DNA of 64,000 nucleotides from Leptogorgia sarmentosa. Taxonomy: Eukaryota. How positions within the stretch are numbered: position 1 is the stretch's first letter; each line of letters begins with the position of its first letter. A model generated the notes under the pieces. That model was not told the DNA's origin. It saw only the letters and a program-made list of their open reading frames with translations, and made no database searches. Where the stretch lies: positions 13,702,001 to 13,766,000 of the forward strand of contig OZ210885.1 in NCBI GenBank assembly GCA_964658305.1. Reading direction: 5' to 3'. Below are positions 15,401 to 26,123 of the stretch, piece after piece. Both the position numbers and the translations under genes were made by a program.

Positions 15401-18400
15401 GTACTTTATTAAAATCTTTCTATCTATTTAGTTCATTATCAGCGCTAAAAACAGGAATTAAAGCTCAAGGCTCGTAAAATTGTTTTTACAAGAGTCATTT
15501 GGAACTGCAAAGTTTTGTCAATTAAAGTGTTACTGCAACGAATTTTACGACCTCATTTTTTTATCCTAAATAAATATTCAGGTCGAAAGATGAAATTTGG
15601 TGTATAGATGACTTGAATGGAAGTAGCTAAATTTCGCCTCCAAACTTCGATATCGGATGCGAACAAAACAGCCGCCATCTTGTCACCTTGTGACGTCACA
15701 AGTGTAACACGTTTAGCGAAGCTACTAGTAAATTCTGTTACGTTAGAGCTATACTCTGTGTTTTTGGTCGGAAAAAAGTTCTTTTGAAACAAAACTTGAA
15801 CATAGGCATTTTAAGACAATATGTTTTGCTCATGTCGAGTAACGAGTCTGGCGGGGACCCGCAATCGTGTGAAAGTTCAAGTGAAACTGACCCGGTGTCG
15901 GATGGCTCAGTTAACTCGGATCAGTCGGGTGGCTCGTTAGTTCATGTCACATCGCACTGCTTTGCGTAAGACGCCGAACCTATATTATTATATATAGCAG
16001 AACCTGGGGAAACGAGTTGTGTTCCAGAAGATCCAGGTGGATTGTTGCCAGCAACTCTTGAACAAAGAAGCGACGGTAGAATATATAACTCTGGAACAGC
16101 ATTCACGTAAATCGTTGCGCTGAAGGTATTTTATTTTGTTTTTCAAACCAGCGCAGGACGTGCATGAACTACAAGTTGTAGAAGTTGTTGTTGTCACATC
16201 GGGCATGTCGTCACTGGGCAAGTCAAAGGGTGTATCATCATCAATATCGTGACTTGTCATTGCTATCTCCTCAACTTTTGCTGGAGAAGACACCAATTTC
16301 ACTGGCGACAATCTTTCACTGCCACGAATTACCTAAAAATATACGAATGATTTAAATATAAAGTGCTTCGCATATTAGTAAAATTTACCATGTGCGTGGG
16401 CGAAGAATTCGCCTTTGCGCGCATGCATAATTATACAATACTCGTGTTATTTACCTGTCTTCGTTTTCGCTCTGTGATCTGCTGTTCGGCCGGTGGTATA
16501 ATTCCAGCTACATCAATCGTAGGAACAACATCTTCTTTCAATCTCCTTTTAATATTTAGCCATTTTGCCAACTCTAGATTCATGTCGTAGCACGAATCTT
16601 CGAAGTGGGCTCAAAAATACCAAGAGGTCGCCGTTGCGTGAAAACCCTGTCTATGTGACTATGTTTACAGACAAATTTCACGCACTTATCCGTCTCTGAG
16701 CATCTGTTTCTTCATTAGGGAATAGATGCATAGATACTCCTTCAGTTTTGCTATCATTGGCGCAGATAACTAAGTTAGGACCGTCAGCAACGCAGCGTTT
16801 TCCTCCGCGAGTAGCTTCACGTCTATTGGAAATATACGCCATGCTGAAAATGTGTTACACTTGTGACGTCACACGGCATTAAGATGGTGGTCGAAAAGTT
16901 CGCACGGAAGTAGCCAAAAATCGGAACTTTGAAAGGCCATAAAATCCGTTTGAAAAGAGCAATTTTAATTCTGTTTGCGATGAACATATTCGGAGAGTAA
17001 GTACTTTAAAATATGCCAATAAAAAGGGGTCGAAAAATTCGTTGCAGTAACACTTTAATAACCAACCACAATATTGTGACTACGTGTCAAATTTTCGGTT
17101 TAACCCAGATAGTAGCAATTAACATCCACTGACAGTTCGATATTAGCCCAGTAGAAATTCAATTCAAATCCATCAAGAGTTGCAAAACAAAAACAGTGCA
17201 ATAGCCAAAAGGGGAAAAAGTTGCAGGGTACAATTGTAGAAACTTCCTAAAATTAAGATACGGATCGAACATCCAAAATTCTACTCGCGCTATGACAACG
17301 ATTGTTTTCTAGTTCGTCCATTCCTTTCCTTACTTCATTCATTATGTAAGAACTAACATCATATCGACTGTGATCATACTCAACGTCAAGAAAATTAACA
17401 AAATTTTCTCTGTGACTACACAGGCTGTATAAAAAACCTGAACAAATTTTAAAAAGCTCTTAACTTCGCGAAGCGACTCGTAGTGCGAAGTTATTGATTA
17501 ACATTCATTGTTTGGGCACTTATAATAATGTAGAATTAACAAAAAAAATGTTGAAATTTAAATTTGGAAAATCGAGGGATATGTGTCTTTTCCAACAAAA
17601 AATGTCTTGCGCACGAAATTTAAACGCTTAAAAGTCATTTTGAGTTGAGAAAATGGAAACTTTGCCGAGTTGTGTATTGCTTTTGAAAGTTTCAAGAACA
17701 CTGGTTGAGTTTAAACCCTCGAAAACGTCGCACAAACTTACGTTTTTTAGAATAATTAACTTTTCGCATGCTTAATTTAGGCTTGCATACCTGTCTCCTG
17801 GTCTAAGACGCTGATTGAACCGTTGTCTAAACCACAAATAGCAAGAGTACAGTCTGCAACATTGGTCGTGGCTAACGAAGTTACGGCCGTATCAAAAGTC
17901 TTTCGCGATATCTCAGAGCCTCCGAGATCCAGACACGAAGATTCCGGTAAAAGATAGCAGGTCTTCGTGCATGTTTCACGGAGTTGCTCTGATATCTTCT
18001 GTATCCTTGGATACTCTTGATACGATAGCAGCCTGCCTGAAAAATAAATATACACAACAGTGTTATGATATATCCTGGCAAAATCATAAAATTAGGCCTA
18101 CATATTATCGTTCTTGCCTTTGCAACTTATTTTTAAAATGGATAGCTTTTTGATAGAAAAAAGTAAAACTGATAAAACAAGTTATGATTTACATTATTAT
18201 ACATTTAAAATTTATTTTCGTTCCTGATTGGTCAGAAAGCACCGGCTAATTCTCAGTATTCGGTATTTATTACGTATTTTCCGCCGATGACGTCATCAGC
18301 GTCCAATAATTATTTTTTTGGATCGAACTTGCATCCAAAAAAAAAATTATTGGACTCTCTCGTGCCCAAGCCCTAGCGCTGTCAAAAGCTTGAAGCTAAA

Positions 18401-21400
18401 AGCCCGCGAAGAAACAAACAAACAATGGCCTGCAGCAGATTTGCTTCGCTGAATGAAAGTGAACTCTCTTTTAAATGTATATCTCTTCTCTGCAATCCAT
18501 AATACCCTTTGAAGAATATTTCTACCGCACGATTGTTTCACGGAACTCAATTACATCATTACTGGTTCTATTATATCGCCACTTGAAACTTCGGTCAAGC
18601 TTCGTTGATAGTTTATGGTTGTAGAAAGCCAGGTTAAGGTGAAGTGATTAGTGCACTCTTTGCCAGACTTGGGCAGATGTTTTCCTTTACCCGAAGATGA
18701 GTACAGTATGGAATTCCCATGATTACGCCGTGTTTGTTTTTTTATATTCAGTCTGTAACCAAATAATACAGGTTCTGGTTGCGCATGACGCAAAGTAAGA
18801 CAAGACAAGGGAAGGGAAGGTAAGACAACGCAAGAAGTGTGCGGGAAGGGGAAAATTACGGGGCAAGAAAGGCCAAGAAAGAGCATTCCATAGCAAGCTG
18901 AGGCATACAATCCTGGACAAAAGTTGTTGTAAATCCAACTCTTTCCTCCAGAATTCAATGTTGCCACGTGAAATCGCAACAAAACATTGCAGGGCTTTAG
19001 CAAACACGAAACACGACGCGAAGTCAGCGGGGACGTGAAAATGGCGTGGCATGGGAGATGTTTTACTTCCCGTTTAGACTAGAACGTCGCACATGTTCTG
19101 TTGAGGACGGCATCTGGGCTGTTTTCACCTCCTCTCCAGAACGTCACATATGAATGCTTGTGTTCAAACATATTTTCCTTGCTAGTTCTGAATTTTATTT
19201 TGATTGACAAGCGTGCGTCTAAATAACTCAACGGGTTTTAGCTGCGTTAATTCTTAGCAAACATTTTAATCGCCATAATAAAATGACCAAATTGTATACG
19301 TCGTTAATCGGTTCAATGTTAGTCGTTTTTTACCAAATGCCACATTTTAGAATACAAAAGTTGGATGAAAACAACCTGACGTTAAAATGAACAAGTAAAA
19401 ATAGAAATAAGATGAATTTGAACCACTTGAACAGAAGAAAACAGATTTCAATCATTTTATTTGCCTTAAAAAACTGTCAATAATTGATACATATTCAAAC
19501 ACACGACGGAAAAGTTGGACCTACATATGGATATTGATATCGAACAGTTTTATTAAACGGAATGAAGTATTTAACTTGTAAAAATTACTTGCAGATTTGC
19601 GATTTCAAAACCGTGAAAAGACCGATAAACTGTCTTTCCAAAGAAACACATTAAGTGTTACTCAAAAATCTTCAGAAAAATCTTCTTGCTCGCTTTTTGC
19701 CTAGTTTATTACAAATTTAAAAAGACATAAACTACGCTTGATCCCAACCCAGATCCCGAAAACCCGAAAAAGAAAAGTCGGGAAAATATTGGGAAAAAAG
19801 TTTTAACTTGAAATCACTATAGCACGAATAAGCGTCTAACCGGGCCTTGAACTATAAAACTGCGACAGACACATCGCGCGCCTAACCGTCTGAGCAAATT
19901 TCGAGCTCGCTGAAATTCTTCGAATGTTTACGAAAAGAAAATAAGCAGCGGCGTACAACAACATTGATTTTGGGGGGTGGGGAGTTACAACGCTTTTGTT
20001 CAAGATTGAATCTTGGACAAACGTTGTTGTAAACCAACGCCCCCCCCCCCCCCCGCAATTCAATGTTGCTACGTGAAATCTCCCACCTTGATTTTGGGGC
20101 TGTTACAAAAAATTTTCTCACGACTGTAGCATGGGGAAAAGAATGGAATGGTAATGATAATGTAAAGGTAAACTAAACTATAGGAAAACTGGATAAAATA
20201 AAGCTCATTATTTTATTACCTAGCAGTTGTGGACAGATTGAATCAACATTCTTCTCGATAACGTGGGAAGAAAACATTAACGATGATTTGAGGAGTTGGG
20301 TTTCCTGTGACAACGAGGCGCCCAAAAAACGAAAATCTGACACTACGGAGGGTAGGTCAATGTGTTTGACTTTTTGTTGAAGCCAGTTTAAATCGAAGAA
20401 CAGTTGAAGTAGTTCGCCATGTTGTTCTGAGGAGGAGATGTGATATGGTAGGAACTTGAAGTAATAGTCTTTTTGCGCGGTAGTTGAATTATCATTCCAT
20501 TCACCGTTCACGCATTGGCCACGAAGTGTCTCCACAAACAAACGCTGAACACCAGTTAGTGAGCCCGTGGCTTTAAGTTTTCTCCGGGCAAAATCCAGCA
20601 GTAAATCATGCACACGGTAGCTTGTCTTCTCTTGAAGTTGAGGTCCTGAAAAAAGATTATTGGGACGTCAAGCATCAATCAGTTACTGACATTGGTGCAT
20701 TGACAAGCGATATCCAACGTACAGTAGGTTTTCGTTTCTCTAGAACTGACTAGTAAATAGTAATACAAAGATAAAAACTATTTTGCAACTTGACTTCTGA
20801 CTTAAAGGACAGTTATTCAATGCACGACTTGCGGATTAGAGTAATTTTAATGTGAGGATTTACTAAAACATGGCTTCCACATAACTTCCTTAAATTAAAA
20901 CTCGCTCGTGTACCTTTTTGAATCATGGATTTTCTTTCAAGAGCATCAAGTATACGTCTTGTTTTCATAGGTTCACACGATGTTCTACCGGCTCCTTCTG
21001 CGGACCAAAATAGCTCCAGTACGTCTGAAGGTATATTTGTATCTTCTGGAAATATACCAAAATCTAGGAACTTTTCTTGTTCCGATTGTTCTAAGCGTTC
21101 AAAGCTAATATTAATGGCGGTAACGATGTTATCATAAGGATAATCGTCGGTGGCAACCATTAAATGAAGTTCTTCCAAATCAGTAGTAAATCCATCTAAA
21201 ATATCTTGCCAAGCCTGTTCCGACCGATTGCCGTTTAAATTTGAGCCAACAAGTGAGAGGGCCAGCGGCAGGCCTTTGCACTGTTTCAATAGTTCTTCAA
21301 TAATTTGCTGCATTTTTGGACTAAAGCTAGGCAGTTCATCTTGCTTAATCCCAGCACTTTGAAAAAAGAGCTCTCGAGATTTATCCTGTTCCATTATATC

Positions 21401-24400
21401 GAGTTCGTAGACAAAACCTCTTGAACCTCGGACAACATTGACATCTCTGGTAGTTATCAATAACTGACATTTTTCAGACAAGGTATCAAACACAGCAACG
21501 TGGTTAACATTCCAAACATCATCAAGAACTACAAGACATTCTTTATCGCTCTGCAATAGATAGAAAAATATTAGATGTAAGATACTGTATGGTCTTTTTG
21601 CTGAGTGTCTTCACACTAGACAGCCTGGAAATGACTTCACCGCAGTGCGACTGGCCCCTTCAGCTTATTAAAACTTTAGAAAGTGTTTAAGGAACGCGCC
21701 ACGTACATTATTAACTGCTATTATGCAAATCCGATTTAAGATATATTAAATAGTGCTTTTAATTCAAGGGTTACACTGCGGAGCCAAGAATCTCGAACAG
21801 TTAACCTATGCAGATTAACACCCTCTGGTACATCTCGCACTGAGTTTATTTAAAATATTTAACTTTCTTTTTTAGAGTAGGAAATGTGTTGCTGCAGGGC
21901 ATTTTAAAAATAACTTGGGCACAAAAACTAAGTTCTTTTCGACTCAAAATATGGAGCATGTTGTACAAGTTATTAAAGTGTTGTGGAATTTGCTGCCCGC
22001 AGTGTTGTCACTGCGAGAACTGGATTTTGCGCTGCTTCCTGCGTGATTACCCATTAATTTAATGCATAATTGGATATTCCATTAATTTTCAATGCGAATT
22101 CCAAGGCCTTAACTACGCGAATAAATCGCGTTAAATCCAGATTTCGGACATCGCGCGTTCGCCTCAGCGAGTGCGTAAGTTACAAACCTCAACGAATGTG
22201 CATAAGTTACAATGTGCATAAGTTGCATGGACGACCCAGCGGCCTCAAACACAAGTTACGGGCAAAGTAATACCATATTATTCAAACAATTATACATGCA
22301 CCTTTTAATAATAATCTAAATAATATGGTAATGCTTTAACCTTAAGCCCATTTTCCACTCCATTATTTCGCGACAGAAATTGACAAGAATATGATGTTTT
22401 ATATTCATTCGCCACTGAAGAAAATTGTTCCACTTCTGTAGTTGTTGAAAATGTTCACTGTTGGCGCGAAAGAACGAAGAATTAGATTTGTCGGTGGCAA
22501 AATTATTCGCGAGCGGCGGCCAAATACGTGAGTGGAAAACAGGCTTTACGCGAGCTTGTCCGGGAAGAATAAAAATAAGGCTTGTTTGAAATTGATTTCG
22601 AACTCAAAAAATTCGAATGCATACATACTGTGTTCTTTTTAATCCAGTCTTGTGCTTCACGGATAACACTGAAAGGTTTTGCTCCACCAAGAACTTTTAC
22701 TAAGATGTTAATCAGTGCTAAACAGTCAGGAGTTTCCCCAACATCAAGCCATATCACTTGACGTGAGACTGAAACTTCCCATGCGACAGCCAGAGCTAAG
22801 ATGGTCTTACCCAGACCCCCCATACCACGGATACCAACGACGTCACCGCTGCAACTTCCCACCACACCAACTTTACTATTTCCCTCCGTAAGTAACTTCA
22901 ATATCTCGTTCACTTCTGATGGTCTTCTCACCATGTCACGAGGTAGACTGCGTAAACCATACCAATCTAAGATAGGAAATAAACGAGTTATGCTGGATGA
23001 GTACAACTGAACCTAAAAAATGTATAGTAAATGCATGGAGATTATTCATTCAAAAGATATCTCTTTACAAGTTTTTAAATAGTTCAACATGACTTGATAT
23101 ACACATGCACAAAACGAACACCAGAACTACAAAACAAAACGTTGTCATGTATTTAACATCGATTTTGGTAAAATATAACTTTCATGGTGATTAGTACAAG
23201 AAGTGTCCTAACTTTGGTTTTTCATTTCATAAACATGACTCATTCTAATACCTCAATGATGGAAATTAACCGCTAATACCTTTGATGGATGGAAATTGCT
23301 GAAAACATAAGGGTGCACTAGAACACAACGCATAGTACAATTGCGCTCTCTCTGTTCCATCAGTTCTCATAATTTGTATATTTGAGCTCTGAATTCGAGA
23401 TCACATGACAATAAAAATAAACGAATTCGGTATTTTCACATAAATGGAAAAATGAAACTTAAATATCTGACATTGCCATTTAAGCACTCTCGTTGCAGTT
23501 GAGCTGGGTTGGCTCTTCACCAGCTTTTTTATTTGGTTGACCACTGATACCGCAGTAATTAGGGAGTTATAGAAAGATTTTAGGAAATCTTCCTAGTTGT
23601 CAATTTCGGCATTTTGTTTATTTTTGTCCATCCAAAACAGGCGAATAGACCCTGTCCTCTGCTCCAATCGGAAATGGCTAATTAAAATACCTTTATTTTC
23701 GGCAATCTCTGAATATTCATGTTTTTCTTCACTATGACACATCGTCCTGATTTTTTCCTCAAGAGCACCAAGTTTCTCTTCAACATTTTCTGTTTTGCAG
23801 CGTAGTTCACGTAACTCTAGACCAATGTTCGACTCTATATTATCAAGTTTTGTTGTCACTCCGGTCATCTGCAGAGATATAAGATTCCTACCGTTACGTT
23901 CCGAAACGAATAGCATAATAGCACAAATATCCTGCGCCATGATCGAAAGGCCAGCTAGTAAGCAATTATAGACGACAAATGGCCGCGCGGTAAGGCGAGA
24001 TATGCTCAGCTTGTAAAAACAAAAATAGAAATTCATCAAACCTTCGTGTCTGTTTCAAGATGCCAATTTTCAATACATCTGCGAAGTTCTGACAAGCTTT
24101 CTTTAATTAATTTTGAGTATCGTCCGTCAACAAAAACGTTTGAAACTATCAATAAAGAATGAATGTCAGCTAATGAAACAAATAGAGATTAGATTGGTCG
24201 AGATATGTATTATACGTCAGCAATTAAAGCAGCTGTGTCACGGTCTGCGCATCTGTTCTGCGCATAATATGTTAACCTCGTAAAATTTCAGAAACTGCCA
24301 GGAAATACTTTATGTGTCATGGTGCCGTCAGTGAACACAGAGATAATGTATATGAATTGATTTTATACTTTAAAACTTTTTGGATTGTTCAACTAATTGA

Positions 24401-26123
24401 AAACGTTGACAAAACGTAAACAAAAGTTTGTGACACAGGTTTGTCAGTCATAGTCTAAAATGTTTCCGTCCGAAAACACGTTTTTGCACCCATGACCGAT
24501 ACAGACCAAGAATTCGAACAAGAAAAATCCGTGCCTATAATGACTGAAGGAAAATGATGGACTATACCAAATGTTTCAAAAGTAAATAACTGAAAATTTG
24601 ATGTGTCAAGTTTATACATTTTAATGTTTTATTTACACGTTTCTTATTAAAACACTTGCACTGTGATTTTAACAAGCAAAGCTAGCCAGAGCTTATAAAT
24701 ATATAAATTGAGAACAAATCTAATAGCAATATTTTGAACCTTATAAATTCCGAAGATTAAAATGTCTTAAAAATCATGCTGGGGAATGAAGTAACTAAGA
24801 TCTTCAAGTACCGATTTTGTTTTGTTTTTAAATGCCATGAACTGACTCAGGGCCGTCGCTAGAACGTTAATTGGGGGGGTGCATATTCATATTTTGGCGT
24901 TCTGCCGACTGATTTCTTTAGAAATTAATTCATAAACAACTGATTTCAAAAGAAATCAGTCGGCAGAACGCCAAAATATGAATATGCACCCCCCAATTAA
25001 CGTTCTAGCGACGGCCCTGAACTGACTTTTATATTTTTGTTAACGACCAACAGCACAAAATACTATTATCAGTAGTTGGTTCTTTTGTGTATTGCTCAGT
25101 ATTACTGTACGGGGGGGGGGGTCAATAAATACTTCATCATGTATTTCTTATCCTTGAAACGTTGGCGCCTGAAGAGGGCGTGTTACGAAATTTAATGATA
25201 TTTTCATTCTTTCATTTATTCCATACAATTATTCTTATTATCATTGTGCATTGGTTTACAATCTTCGAATTTCAGTTTTTGACTTCAAAAGCAAATGAAG
25301 CATTTTCTCGTGTATTCGTAACAATTAGCATACAGTCATTAAACTTCAGCAAAACATAACAGTAAACGCTAAAGAAAGAGTTACATTGCCTGCCAACACT
25401 GCTGTGTTGTGAACACAATCACAACTTATCAATCAGAAACACAATAAATGGTGACATTCCCACGCTGGAAGCTGCAGCACCACACCTTCGAACGATGATA
25501 AAGTATAAGCAACTTAAATCATTACCTTTGTTTTTCCAATCCTCAAGATCATCACACACTTCTTTTTCAGCCGCAGTTGTTAAATTGATATTTTTCACCA
25601 ACGATTGCAGGTGTTGAATCGCGTCATTGAACAAAGCATTGGTCCATTTTGGAAAGTTACAATGGGCCCATTCGTTTCTCACGTTTGACCTTACATTCTT
25701 TGCGTACACTGAGGCACCAGATGTTATGAATGGATCTGCTTCACACATGATAGTCAGTAAAGCAGAAAGATCCATTGTATCGTCAAAACCTGTAAACTTT
25801 GCCATGAAGGGTTGAACGAACAACTTTGCCAAAGACAGAGCATCTTTCACCGCGTAGTCATATGCACGGGGAGATTTATGCACATCATTACCGTTGATGT
25901 TTTTATATTGTAAGGAAAAGGTTGATGGCGGAAGTGTTTTCTTATACTTTCCAGAAGTTTGTCTGTCAATTTCATCAGGTGGTTTACATAAGTCTTGATA
26001 CCAGCTCTTCAATTCTGCATCGACAACTTTCCTCAAGGTGGGAGTGACAACTTTGGTAAGGCAAATACCTGTTACAACCCATCTGGATTCTTCATCTGTT
26101 GTGTAACTGGCACCGCTTGCCAT
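1..26123 (-). CDS. Spliced gene (copy A): HEPN-like effector / coiled coil / NB-ARC (STAND ATPase) / HD2 / WD40 repeats; APAF1/NLR-like; 3' end runs off the window
   Basis: 14 GT-AG-bounded exons join in frame (4497 nt, about 1499 codons in window): 26123-25526, 24169-24042, 23868-23691, 22966-22629, 21550-20914, 20645-20220, 18036-17791, 13520-13302, 10827-10606, 7981-7741, 6940-6678, 4917-4811, 2777-2375, 491-<1. Motifs RNEWAH, GMGGLGKT, LVVLDDVW, LITTRD, CKGLPLAL, VHDLL and many GH..WD-type repeats. Confidence 0.88.
719..945. mobile_element. MITE, PIF/Harbinger-like
   Basis: Imperfect TIRs GCCGTTTTCCATTACAGTCGTTTTGCCCGC...GGGCAAAGCGACTGCAATGGAAAACTGC. Confidence 0.6.
2375..2777 (-). CDS. 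Copy A exon 13: WD40
   Basis: ttttaag|VWNLSDG...IIGCKDNHVFIWDW; donor GCAG|GTGGGT. Confidence 0.83.
4811..4917 (-). CDS. Copy A exon 12: WD40 (not in ORF track)
   Basis: taatag|GT GAC...WAKHVAVSADDRYVVSLSKDG...SIK|gtatgg; phase 1 to 0 fits both neighbours. Confidence 0.75.
5476..6363. mobile_element. Non-autonomous TIR element (about 95-bp inverted ends) hosting a nested MITE
   Basis: GCAATAAGTGGTGAGAAATTTTATA...TCTCTACACT mirrored at 6268-6363. Confidence 0.65.
5704..5992. mobile_element. Near-perfect palindromic MITE with CCCTAACC/GGTTAGGG core
   Basis: About 133-bp arms around a spacer of about 23 bp; TTTATTTT occurs on both flanks (imperfect TSD). Confidence 0.8.
6678..6940 (-). CDS. 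Copy A exon 11: WD40
   Basis: atttcag|C GGT; ALTASWDGSIRVWNL...VTASNDGTFKVWNL. The donor is ambiguous between two phase-1 GTs. Confidence 0.82.
7741..7981 (-). CDS. Copy A exon 10: WD40
   Basis: LVSGSYDGIIKIWDL...ISGDDEGSVRLW...GHTKYI; donor phase 2. Confidence 0.85.
9657..9991. mobile_element. hAT-type MITE
   Basis: CAGTGGCGTAGGA...TCCTATGCCCTTG with 8-bp TSD TTTCAGAG. Confidence 0.75.
10606..10827 (-). CDS. Copy A exon 9: WD40
   Basis: ttgtag|GG CTG AAA; DKTIKLWKADT...LVGHTDFVTCV; donor ACAG|GTATG. Confidence 0.82.
12390..12906. mobile_element. hAT-type MITE (CAGTGGCGTAA ends)
   Basis: Termini CAGTGGCGTAA / TTACGCCGCTG and subterminal GGGCCC motifs; TSD not recognisable. Confidence 0.55.
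13302..13520 (-). CDS. Copy A exon 8: WD40
   Basis: LQGHSVKVSCLAVSQSGTILASGSWIGSTILW; acceptor aaacag|, donor GACG|GTAAG. Confidence 0.85.
13630..13861 (+). mobile_element. HINE/DINE-1-like non-autonomous Helentron
   Basis: 5' subTIR GTGCAAAGTTTC, internal (ATGACTAC)n microsatellite, and 3' hairpin TGCAAAGTTTC-TTT-GAAACTTTGCA. Confidence 0.6.
15526..17054 (-). mobile_element. Kolobok-like DNA transposon remnant with decayed THAP domain
   Basis: TTAA TSD on both sides; TIR AGTGTTACTGCAACGAATTTT; minus-strand THAP relic from ATG 16842 (RCVA...C...GVSMHLFP...HFEDSCY...LKEDVVPTI) with frameshifts. Confidence 0.75.
17791..18036 (-). CDS. Copy A exon 7: end of helical domain and first WD40
   Basis: ttttcag|GC AGG (GRLL...LLPESSCL...GLDNGSISVLD); donor ACAG|GTATG. 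Confidence 0.82.
20220..20645 (-). CDS. Copy A exon 6: MHD-equivalent motif and APAF1-type helical domain
   Basis: ttttcag|GA CCT...YRVHDLLLDFAR...YYFKFLPYHI...FDLNWLQQKV; donor CTAG|GTAATA. Confidence 0.88.
20914..21550 (-). CDS. Copy A exon 5: NB-ARC Walker B to winged helix
   Basis: CLVVLDDVW, LLITTRD, CKGLPLAL, FLDFGIFPED; acceptor ttgcag|, donor AAAG|GTAC. Confidence 0.92.
22345..22546. mobile_element. PIF/Harbinger-like MITE
   Basis: AGCCCATTTTCCACTC...GAGTGGAAAACAGGCT flanked by TTA. Confidence 0.6.
22629..22966 (-). CDS. Copy A exon 4: NB-ARC P-loop
   Basis: tttcctatcttag|AT TGG; VVGIRGMGGLGKTILA (Walker A); donor ACA|GTATGT. Confidence 0.88.
23691..23868 (-). CDS. Copy A exon 3 (coiled-coil linker)
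   Basis: ctgcag|ATG ACC...; heptad-like KLDNIESNIGLELRELRCKTENVEEKLGALEEKI; donor AAAG|GTATT, phase 1. Confidence 0.72.
24042..24169 (-). CDS. Copy A exon 2 (linker; not in ORF track)
   Basis: Acceptor tttcattag|, open frame ADIHSLLIVSNVFVDGRYSKLIKESLSELRRCIENWHLETDTK, donor |gtttga. Converts phase 1 to phase 0 exactly as needed to join exons 1 and 3. Confidence 0.65.
24848..25019. mobile_element. Young palindromic hAT MITE
   Basis: About 70-bp near-perfect TIRs starting CAGGGCCGTCGCTAG; perfect 8-bp TSD AACTGACT. Confidence 0.9.
25526..26123 (-). CDS. Copy A coding exon 1: HEPN-like (DZIP3-HEPN / CXorf38-DUF4559-like) domain
   Basis: ATG at 26123 just inside an acceptor (ttgtag at 26135-26140). 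Encodes ...MDLSALLTIM...VRSNVRNEWAHCNF...WKNK. Donor AAAG|GTAAT, phase 1. Confidence 0.8.

Noticed and set aside
18347..19052. ORFs of 67-150 aa in intron 6
   Set aside because: No recognisable domain; they overlap repeat fragments (18908-18975 resembles 20009-20080) and are not needed for the spliced frame.
25255..25370. Possible alternative exon 2 after a pyrimidine-rich acceptor (LLLCFAEV-like)
   Set aside because: The phase-compatible frame hits a stop within 7 codons; at most a decayed relic. Exon 24169-24042 fits instead.
20220..26123. Bacterial defence gene or contamination as the source of HEPN-STAND
   Set aside because: The gene has spliceosomal introns and is embedded among animal transposons and eukaryotic-type tRNAs lacking encoded CCA.
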